From: Candidatus Saccharimonadota bacterium
GTDB lineage: Bacteria; Patescibacteriota; Saccharimonadia; Saccharimonadales; Saccharimonadaceae
Length of the DNA stretch: 32,000 nt
Reading direction: 5' to 3'
Assembly: GCA_001029695.1 (NCBI GenBank)
Contig: CP011211.1
Location: forward strand, 90,001 to 122,000
Both the position numbers and the translations under genes were made by a program. The notes below the pieces were generated by a model that had not been told where the DNA came from, searched no databases, and worked only from the letters and a program-made list of their open reading frames with translations. Positions 24,621 through 31,287 of the stretch are shown piece by piece. Within the stretch, counting starts at the first letter, position 1. Every line of letters starts with the position of its first letter.

Positions 24621-24676
24621 GTTATGCTTCATAACAATCGGTCGAATAGAGGTGTTAGGCGAACCTAACGGATAAA

Positions 24677-25054
24677 TTAGCTAAGTTCGACAGATGCGCC
24701 AGCTTCTTCAAGCTGCTTCTTCGCTGCTTCAGCGTCGTCTTTGCTAACCTTTTCTTTGACAGGTGCAGGTGCGCCGTCAACGATAGCTTTAGCTTCACCA
24801 AGTCCAAGACCAGTGATTTCTTTAACAGCCTTGATGACAGCAACTTTTTGCGCACCAGCGTCTGTTAGAGTAACAGTGAATTCAGACTTCTCGTCTTCTG
24901 CAGCGCCAGCGTCGGCAGCAGCAGGACCAGCAACAGCTACAGCAGCTGCAGCAGGTTCGATTCCGTATTCGTCCTTAAGGACAGTTTTGAGGTCGTTAAC
25001 CTCTAGTACAGTAAGCTTTGTTAGCTCTTCTGCGAGTTTTTTAATATCAGCCAT
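24677..25054 (-). CDS. rplL: 50S ribosomal protein L7/L12
   Basis: Full-length match to the bL12 pattern: N-terminal dimerisation helix, Ala-rich hinge, and [24 protein letters not shown]...EEAGA. AGGAG SD. Confidence 0.97.
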   Translation of the reverse strand: MADIKKLAEELTKLTVLEVNDLKTVLKDEYGIEPAAAAVAVAGPAAADAGAAEDEKSEFTVTLTDAGAQKVAVIKAVKEITGLGLGEAKAIVDGAPAPVKEKVSKDDAEAAKKQLEEAGASVELS

Positions 25055-25087
25055 AATAGACTCCTTTATAATGAAATGTTCGTTAAA

Positions 25088-25612
25088 TTAACTGGTTGCT
25101 TTGGCTTCAACACCGTCAAGCAGTGCGTGAAGATTGCCAGACAAGGCGTTGGTAACATCGTGCACTGGTGAAAGCAATTGTGCGATCACTTCGCCGATGA
25201 GTTGGTTCTTGCTTGGGAGTCCAGCAAGTGCAGTTACTTCGCTTGCGCTTAGTAGTGCACCTTCGCCTGAAAACGCACCTGCAAATTGAAGTGCAGGGTG
25301 TGTTTTTGCGAATGCATGAAGTACCTGAGCAGGAGCTACTTCATCGTCGGTGCTCGTTGCGTAGATCAACTGACCTACGAGCGGTGACGTATCCGTATCC
25401 TTGTATGTATCGATTGACGCCAGGGCGACACGAACGAGACGGTTTTTAACAACACGAATCGTTACACCTGCCTCGCGGGCAGATCGTCGTAGTTCTTGGA
25501 TGTCAGCGACGCTCAGACCTTGGTACTGAGCAAATACTGTCATCTTTGAATCCTGGAGCGCTTCTGTGATCTCAGCAACCAAAGTGTTCTTTTTATCGCG
25601 GGTAATTGCCAT
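25088..25612 (-). CDS. rplJ: 50S ribosomal protein L10
   Basis: Typical uL10 (MAITRDKKNTLVAEITEALQDSKMTVFAQYQGLSVADIQELRR...). Start reset to ATG 25612 behind GAAAGGA. The track's 209-aa form extends into the leader RNA. Confidence 0.95.
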   Translation of the reverse strand: MAITRDKKNTLVAEITEALQDSKMTVFAQYQGLSVADIQELRRSAREAGVTIRVVKNRLVRVALASIDTYKDTDTSPLVGQLIYATSTDDEVAPAQVLHAFAKTHPALQFAGAFSGEGALLSASEVTALAGLPSKNQLIGEVIAQLLSPVHDVTNALSGNLHALLDGVEAKATS

Positions 25613-25804
25613 AAAAGTCCTTTCTTCTTTGGTTTTTTCAATATTCGACCGAGTTGTTAAGTGTGCGGTAATGTGAGTTTGCAAAAACAAAAAAGTCTTT
25701 GATTCTCGCATTACCAAAGACTTATCGTGAAAATGTTTGTATTCATCCTCGGTAGCTGATTAAGGGTTTCGTTTGATTCCCGGCTACTGTCTCTGGTAAT
25801 GTCT
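25613..25804 (-). promoter_or_regulatory. ~190-nt rplJ 5' leader with an internal terminator/attenuator (candidate ribosomal-protein L10 leader)
   Basis: The minus strand has hairpin AAGTCTTTG / CAAAGACTT (25693-25723) followed by TTTTTGTTTTTG. The CAUUACC element occurs twice (25794-25801, 25666-25675) and is complementary to UGGUAAUG (25709-25716), which lies in the hairpin loop and its arm junction. Confidence 0.55.
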
Positions 25805-25810
25805 TAAAAG

Positions 25811-25839
25811 AGTATACGCGTTCGAGGTGAAAATGTCAA
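25811..25839 (-). promoter_or_regulatory. promoter TTGACA-17-TATACT for rplJL
   Basis: The minus strand reads TTGACA (25834-25839), a 17-nt spacer, then TATACT (25811-25816). Confidence 0.75.
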
Positions 25840-25884
25840 CAAGTGGAGCACATAATTGTATGTTCTTCTCTTAGCGACGATGCA

Positions 25885-25913
25885 TTGATATAAATTAACT
25901 ATTATGGTATAAT
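25885..25913 (+). promoter_or_regulatory. promoter TTGATA-17-(TGG)TATAAT, 8 nt before ATG 25922 (leaderless geometry)
   Basis: TTGATA 25885-25890, 17-nt spacer ending in TGG, TATAAT 25908-25913, then GAATTTAT-ATG. No SD. Confidence 0.75.
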
Positions 25914-25921
25914 GAATTTAT

Positions 25922-26797
25922 ATGAGCATGCAAAAAGAGCAGAAATTGTTCCAAGATAGCCATACTACTTTTGATTCAAGAGAAATGTTGCGGCCTACTG
26001 TTGACGTTATGACAGGGCTTGTTGTGGCGGATGCGCGGGAATATTTTGCGCAGCCGTATCAGCCGACCCCTCTTGATCCAGAATACGCCATAGCTGAGTA
26101 TATCGATACAGCCTTTGATCTTATGATGGAGCGAGCAGAGCAAGCTGCTGAGGTGAATGGTCTAACCGAAGCTCCTCTCGATTGGATACGACACGAGATA
26201 GCTTACGAGCACGGGATGAGATGTGATAAGAATGAGCTTCGGATGGAGCGGCTTCGAGTACTTCTTGAGGGGCACGAGGTTCTTGCCCGTGATACGGCAG
26301 AAGTGATTATGCGTGCTCGCGCTGGTCAAGCAACTATTAGTGAGTACGCAGCGCTTCTTGCTGCGTATCCAGAACTAGACGGACTTGAGGTGATGAAGTC
26401 TACTCGTCCATTGGATTTTGAAGGCTTCAGTGAGGCCCATACTGTAACGACAAGAGATATGACGGCTGACCTACAGGAGAACCGTATCGCGCATTTGTGG
26501 CTCGGTAGAGGTAAGAACCCTCTCGAAGTTAACAATACTAAGCATGTTGACACCTCTCAGTCTGGCCAATGTCGTCACGTGAAACTTTTTAAGACAATAG
26601 AAGCGCAGCTCGAGCTTGAGGGTGTTCCGATGGAGTTAGTTACTCGGCGTACGTATATTCGCCTGCCGGAAGGCTGCCATCAGGTGCCAGATGAATACGT
26701 AAAGGATGACGGTTCTACTGTTCAGCCGATAGCAATTTCCAAGTATCTTCGATTAGCGCGGCCCACGGATTACTCGTCGCTTTATATCGTAAAGTAG
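25922..26797 (+). CDS. hypothetical protein (291 aa), no recognisable family
   Basis: Long ORF on the opposite strand to all its neighbours, with near-consensus promoter geometry. Confidence 0.65.
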   Translation: MSMQKEQKLFQDSHTTFDSREMLRPTVDVMTGLVVADAREYFAQPYQPTPLDPEYAIAEYIDTAFDLMMERAEQAAEVNGLTEAPLDWIRHEIAYEHGMRCDKNELRMERLRVLLEGHEVLARDTAEVIMRARAGQATISEYAALLAAYPELDGLEVMKSTRPLDFEGFSEAHTVTTRDMTADLQENRIAHLWLGRGKNPLEVNNTKHVDTSQSGQCRHVKLFKTIEAQLELEGVPMELVTRRTYIRLPEGCHQVPDEYVKDDGSTVQPIAISKYLRLARPTDYSSLYIVK

Positions 26798-26807
26798 TAA
26801 CACTTAG

Positions 26808-27488
26808 CTACTGTATCTTTGATTTTATCTTGTGCCAAATAAGCTCAGTGACTTCAGGAATGGGCAATAAGATATCGCCCTTCACTCCTTCAATCGCGAT
26901 AAACTGTTCGGGAAATTGCTCGCATAGCTTTTTGTATGCAGCTACCGAGCGTTCAAGATGATTGAGGTCTGCCTCGTGAATGTCGCGTTTTTTGTCTGTG
27001 TAGGTGCGAGCGGTTTTTTTATCAACAAGTTTTTGGGCAATCTCCGCAGGTACGAGTAGCACGATATTGATGTCGGGTTTAGGGATGCCGAGGATGTTGA
27101 ATTCTAGGTCATAGAGCCAATCATAGTACTTTGTCTTCTCTGCCTCATCGTCAATCTTTTGGCCCTGATGAGCGAGATTCGCTCCTGTAAGCCGGTTTGA
27201 TAGTACGATCTTGCCGGCCTCGAGGTCTTTCTTGATAGATTGCGATGCCTGGAATCTATCGAGCGCAAAAAAGAGTGATGGCACGTAGGCTCCGAGCTCA
27301 TTGGCATCGCCGTATTTGCCATTGAGGTATTCACGTACGAAGTATGACGATTCTTGATCGTACTGCGGAAAGTCATATGTCGCAACCTCATGACCTTGCT
27401 CTTTTAGCCTGTCGCCGATGATCTTAAACTGAGTACCCTTACCTGATCCATCGCTTCCTTCTATAACAATAAAGATACCTTTTGGCAT
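26808..27488 (-). CDS. tmk: thymidylate (dTMP) kinase
   Basis: P-loop IVIEGSDGSGKGTQ, DRF motif (FALDRFQ) and a lid region. Its ATG overlaps the dcd stop (TAATG). Confidence 0.9.
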   Translation of the reverse strand: MPKGIFIVIEGSDGSGKGTQFKIIGDRLKEQGHEVATYDFPQYDQESSYFVREYLNGKYGDANELGAYVPSLFFALDRFQASQSIKKDLEAGKIVLSNRLTGANLAHQGQKIDDEAEKTKYYDWLYDLEFNILGIPKPDINIVLLVPAEIAQKLVDKKTARTYTDKKRDIHEADLNHLERSVAAYKKLCEQFPEQFIAIEGVKGDILLPIPEVTELIWHKIKSKIQ

Positions 27489-28207
27489 TATTTGACGCCT
27501 TTTGATAGACCTTCGATGACAGCTGGTGGTTTGCGGTGGTCTTTATAGGCCCGTGGAAGCATATCTTCAGGCTTCCATGTACGGATTAGCTCGTCGAGAT
27601 CGCTCGTGTGTTGATACTTGCCGCTCATTCCTTGACGACCGTCACTATAGTCACCTTCCACTGGTCCGGTAGTATGAAAAATAAGCTGGCCAATGCGCTC
27701 ACCGACAGGTAGCACCACAGATTCGTGCATGTTCAGGTTGTAGATTTCTAGTGTAATGCGATTGATATATCCCGGATCAACCCAGCCAGCATCGAAGCAG
27801 ACCGCAACACCGTTTCGTCCCCAGCTACTTCGAGATTTTACTTCGCAGGCGCCTCCGTGAGTGCGGATGCCAATAAATTCATGAGTGTGTGCGAGAATTC
27901 TCTCGCCAGGACGTAGCACGATGATCGGATGATCTTCGGGGATATTTTCAAATAGCTTATAGCCGTGCCTGTCGCACCATTCTTTATGGGGCATTGCTTC
28001 GAGTGGGCCTTTGAAGTAGCGGTCGACATCGGATTTATCGAACGGATTATAGACCTTTGCATCTTCCTCATATTCTTGTTTGAAGAAATAATGGCCGAGT
28101 GTAAAATCGAGGCTCGCTTCTGAAACATTATCGGGATTGTATGGCACACTAACGATAGTGCCGTCTTCGATTGCTGCTTTGATTTCGGTGTTACTATAAA
28201 CACTCAT
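27488..28207 (-). CDS. dcd: dCTP deaminase family protein (Dcd or bifunctional Dcd-Dut-like)
   Basis: N-terminal NTEIKAAIEDGTI...ASLDFTLG. Core KSRSSWGRNGVAV..DAGWVDPGY.NRITLEIYN...GERIGQLIF...GKYQ. Confidence 0.8.
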   Translation of the reverse strand: MSVYSNTEIKAAIEDGTIVSVPYNPDNVSEASLDFTLGHYFFKQEYEEDAKVYNPFDKSDVDRYFKGPLEAMPHKEWCDRHGYKLFENIPEDHPIIVLRPGERILAHTHEFIGIRTHGGACEVKSRSSWGRNGVAVCFDAGWVDPGYINRITLEIYNLNMHESVVLPVGERIGQLIFHTTGPVEGDYSDGRQGMSGKYQHTSDLDELIRTWKPEDMLPRAYKDHRKPPAVIEGLSKGVK

Positions 28208-28209
28208 AA

Positions 28210-29052
28210 CTATATCTTCTCTACTTTCGCGTAATCATCTTCGTTTGGTACGAGTTTTCGAAGTTGCATCCAGCCACGGAAATTGCCACGAAATTCGCCT
28301 TCAGATAGTTCATCTTTTGTGAGGGAGCGGGCAACATGCTCAAGTGGTGACATATGCCCTCCGCTTGTGAGGCGGTCATATAGAACGATGTCTGCAGAAA
28401 GATCCCTTTTGCCTTCATGAGTAAGATAGCTAACCCGTGCGCAGCGAGCTGCCGAGATCATGCGGGCATCGTCTGATTTCTCAAATACACCATCGTATTC
28501 TTCCGCCTGGATGAGAGGAAGATGCCATTCGTCATCAGAGAGCTGTTTTGGTGTCGATGCTTCGTAGGCTGCTTGCATGAGCTCTGACACCTTACGTATC
28601 TCTGGTTGTGCCATTTCGTTGGCACGAAGTGCAAAGTAGTTGCTCCATTCAGTTGCTGTGACGATAACTGTATGCCACATAAAAGGCTCGAGTATGCGAT
28701 TCGCGAGCTGCTTGTGGAGGCCGATGGCGAGTAATTTCTCGACATGCGCTACTGCGCTGTCGCGTGCTGCAAGCCATTCATCTAGAGCTGCGTCTTTAGC
28801 TTCAGCTATTAGTTCGGCTTCGGCCTGCATGCCTGATTGGTTTGCACCCCAATATTCTGGCACGAATGGCTGCTCTTTGATCTTTCTGAGCTGTTTTTCG
28901 ACCGGAATTGCTCTGCTGCTTGCGGAATTGCGACTAAATACTCGATGAGTATTAAACTCAGCGAGGACCATTCGCGGAAATACTACCTCCATAGTAGTCA
29001 ATCTCTGCCCATGACGAGATACACTATCAGCTATGATTTTTGCACTATACAT
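28210..29052 (-). CDS. thyX: FAD-dependent thymidylate synthase ThyX
   Basis: ThyX signature (T)HRVFSRNSASSRA, which fits RHRxxSxxxxSxR. GGGGAGG SD lies 6 nt before the ATG. Confidence 0.9.
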   Translation of the reverse strand: MYSAKIIADSVSRHGQRLTTMEVVFPRMVLAEFNTHRVFSRNSASSRAIPVEKQLRKIKEQPFVPEYWGANQSGMQAEAELIAEAKDAALDEWLAARDSAVAHVEKLLAIGLHKQLANRILEPFMWHTVIVTATEWSNYFALRANEMAQPEIRKVSELMQAAYEASTPKQLSDDEWHLPLIQAEEYDGVFEKSDDARMISAARCARVSYLTHEGKRDLSADIVLYDRLTSGGHMSPLEHVARSLTKDELSEGEFRGNFRGWMQLRKLVPNEDDYAKVEKI

Positions 29053-29103
29053 CTTACACCTCCCCAGGTAAATAATCTGTTTGTTTTCTGTGTTTGTGAT
29101 TTT

Positions 29104-29132
29104 AGTATGTCATAGCTTTTCTGGAATATCAA
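29104..29132 (-). promoter_or_regulatory. promoter TTGATA-17-CATACT for thyX-dcd-tmk
   Basis: The minus strand reads TTGATA (29127-29132), a 17-nt spacer, then CATACT (29104-29109). Confidence 0.5.
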
Positions 29133-29142
29133 ATAGGTATTC

Positions 29143-30087
29143 TTATCGTGACAAAAATTGCCATAGTACGGTAGGCGCGTCGGCCGTCCAAACATGCTTG
29201 CCACCATGGATGCGGATGTTTTGCACTGTCGCATTATCTCTACAGAATTGCCAGGTAGTGATTGTTTCCGTGCCACGGGCAACGACAAATGGTCGCGATG
29301 AGCAGCCGTTGTCTAAGGCTCTTCGAGCAGACCACTGCTCGATGCCGGGTAATTTGCGTGCAAATGAGCCATTATACGGAACGACACTATCGTTGTCTCC
29401 ATGAACACTGATGAACGGTCGAGGATGCTTCGGTGTGCAGTCGGAGGCTGGATAGTAAAAGGCCGCACCCACAACACCAAATGCAGTAAAACGATCACTG
29501 AGATAGCAGGAAAGAAGCGAAACAAGACCTCCGCCATTAGACATACCCATCGCATATACTTGATCTCGCTTTATGCATAGCTGACCATTGACTCTATCAA
29601 GAATATCGCTTACAAATTGAACATCGTTTGCTGGCGAAGAATACGGCGCTCCTTGCCAGGCGAATCCCCCGATGCCTTTTGTGGGCTCTGGATAGATTGC
29701 TATGACCGGCAGTGTATTAACGCCTGAGCTTCGGTCGCCGTCGATGGAGCTCCCTCCTCTACCTGGGAAGTAAAAAACTGCGGGATAATACCTATTTGCG
29801 TCAAAATCAGCCGGAAGATGGACGCGGTAGCTTCGTTCACTGGCTTGACTCGAGATCGTGAAGAGTTTCGTTGTGTTTGATTTCCATGTAACTCGTGCCT
29901 CGCAGCTCGGCTGTTGTAGGCTCGCAAGCTGTTGCTCGAGGCTCATCGACTGCTGCTTGATATCTTGATTGTTGAGCCAAAGCATGGCTGAAAATGCGAG
30001 TAACGCAAGACTAACGATTCCCCACGCAATGTGATGCACGTACACAGAAGCAAGTGACGGCCGCTTCAGCTTTTTTCTAACTTTCAT
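29143..30087 (-). CDS. membrane-anchored alpha/beta-hydrolase esterase (PHB-depolymerase / LpqC-like family)
   Basis: N-terminal TM anchor (HHIAWGIVSLALLAFSAMLWL). Oxyanion-region YPAVFYFPGRGGS, nucleophile elbow GMSNGG, and a late HG..D/H. Confidence 0.75.
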   Translation of the reverse strand: MKVRKKLKRPSLASVYVHHIAWGIVSLALLAFSAMLWLNNQDIKQQSMSLEQQLASLQQPSCEARVTWKSNTTKLFTISSQASERSYRVHLPADFDANRYYPAVFYFPGRGGSSIDGDRSSGVNTLPVIAIYPEPTKGIGGFAWQGAPYSSPANDVQFVSDILDRVNGQLCIKRDQVYAMGMSNGGGLVSLLSCYLSDRFTAFGVVGAAFYYPASDCTPKHPRPFISVHGDNDSVVPYNGSFARKLPGIEQWSARRALDNGCSSRPFVVARGTETITTWQFCRDNATVQNIRIHGGKHVWTADAPTVLWQFLSR

Positions 30088-30094
30088 TTATCTT

Positions 30095-30103
30095 ATCATA
30101 TCA
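30095..30103 (-). promoter_or_regulatory. extended -10 TGATATGAT, 7 nt before the esterase ATG (leaderless geometry)
   Basis: The minus strand reads TGATATGAT-AAGATAA-ATG, immediately after the rplA terminator. No SD. Confidence 0.5.
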
Positions 30104-30133
30104 AAAAATCCCTCTACTGGAGAGGGATTTTTC
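30101..30133 (-). terminator. rho-independent terminator of rplA
   Basis: Stem AATCCCTCT (30107-30115) / AGAGGGATT (30121-30129). On the minus strand it is followed by T6. Confidence 0.85.
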
Positions 30134-30152
30134 GGTAAGGTGTAAACGAGTC

Positions 30153-31130
30153 TTAGTTGACGACGTTTTCAACTTTGATGCCAGGACCTTGTGTTGTGCT
30201 GATGCTTGTCGAACGAACATACGCACCTTTGATGCTACCTGGTTTTTGTGACTGAAGGCTGCTAAAGAATGCCTGAGCGTTCTCTACGAGCTTCTCTGCG
30301 CCAAATGATACCTTACCAACGCTTAGGTGCACGATAGCTTGCTTATCGACACGGTATTCAACTTTACCGGCTTTAGCTTCTGTAACTGCCTTTGCGACGT
30401 CAGCTGCTACAGTACCGCTTTTTGGATTTGGCATGAGGCCGCGTGGTCCAAGAAGGCGGGCAAATTTACCAAGCTTTGGCATGTACTGAGGTGTTGCAAC
30501 GAGTGTGTCGAAGTTGATCTCGCCATTGCCGAGCTGCTTGATGATCTCTTCGTCTCCGACGATGTCTGCACCTGCTTTTTTAGCGGCAGCGTGCTCTGAT
30601 TCTGGAGCGAATACTGCAACACGGACAGTCTTACCAGTACCGTTTGGTAGTGAAACTGTTGCGCGAATGTTTTGATCTGCCTGACGAGGGTCTACACCAA
30701 GACGTACGTGAATTTCAACGCTTGCGTCAAACTTTGCAGGATTTGTCTTAGTTGCGATCTCAAGTGCTTCAGCAAGTGAATATACCTTGTCGGATTCAAC
30801 GTGCTTTGCAACTGCCTGGTATGCCTTGCCGCGACGTTCGATACGTGGACGAACAACTGGCTTTGGTCCTTTTGCTGTGCTTGCTTCTACGTCATCAGAC
30901 TGAGGTGCTGTATCACCAGCTTCTTTACGTGCTTCTTTTTCTGCTTTTTCTTCAGCTTCAGCAAGAGCTTTTTCGCTTCGCTTGCCAGCTTTTGCAACAG
31001 TTTTTTCCTGAGTTGGAGCACTAACGCCAGCTTCTGCAATAGCAGCTTCGATCTCGGCGATAGTATTTTTATCAGTTACTTCGAGCTTTAGCTCTGCAGC
31101 CTTTTCTAATAGGTCAGCTTTTTTAGCCAT
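30153..31130 (-). CDS. rplA: 50S ribosomal protein L1 with a ~100-aa N-terminal extension
   Basis: The canonical uL1 core starts at [27 protein letters not shown]...[15 protein letters not shown]. It is preceded in frame by an Ala/Glu/Lys-rich extension beginning [34 protein letters not shown]. Start set at ATG 31130. Confidence 0.9.
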   Translation of the reverse strand: MAKKADLLEKAAELKLEVTDKNTIAEIEAAIAEAGVSAPTQEKTVAKAGKRSEKALAEAEEKAEKEARKEAGDTAPQSDDVEASTAKGPKPVVRPRIERRGKAYQAVAKHVESDKVYSLAEALEIATKTNPAKFDASVEIHVRLGVDPRQADQNIRATVSLPNGTGKTVRVAVFAPESEHAAAKKAGADIVGDEEIIKQLGNGEINFDTLVATPQYMPKLGKFARLLGPRGLMPNPKSGTVAADVAKAVTEAKAGKVEYRVDKQAIVHLSVGKVSFGAEKLVENAQAFFSSLQSQKPGSIKGAYVRSTSISTTQGPGIKVENVVN

Positions 31131-31205
31131 GGTTTTAGTAAAACCCTTTCTGTGGTGCAATCGATAGTTTTTGCTATCTCCCAACATTGATTTGTTTATC
31201 TTTTC

Positions 31206-31214
31206 ATTATAGCA
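31206..31214 (-). promoter_or_regulatory. extended -10 TGCTATAAT upstream of rplA (~70-nt leader)
   Basis: The minus strand reads TGCTATAAT. The leader contains hairpin GATAG-CAAAAA-CTATC next to GGGAG. Confidence 0.5.
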
Positions 31215-31227
31215 TATTTTATTCTAT

Positions 31228-31265
31228 TTTAAAAGGGTAAAGCCCCCGAGATTTCTCTCGGGGGC
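31228..31265 (-). terminator. intrinsic terminator after the metallopeptidase gene
   Basis: 10-bp stem GCCCCCGAGA (31242-31251) / TCTCGGGGGC (31256-31265). On the minus strand it is followed by TTTACCCTTTT. Confidence 0.7.
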
Positions 31266-31287
31266 AAGGGGGTTGGAAGTTATGAAA

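Noticed and set aside
25613-25717. The N-terminal 35-aa extension of L10 in the ORF track (209 aa).
   Set aside because: The extension (MVMRESKTFLFLQTHITAHLTT...) is not L10-like and overlaps the leader hairpin and U-tract. The canonical L10 N-terminus MAITRDKK has its own GAAAGGA SD.
31131-31205. The rplA leader hairpin (GGGAGAUAG-CAAAAA-CUAUC) as an L1-binding autoregulatory mimic of the 23S L1 stalk.
   Set aside because: It is plausible from established L1 autoregulation. However, I cannot verify similarity to this organism's 23S helix 77/78 without the rRNA sequence, so I do not claim it as a feature.
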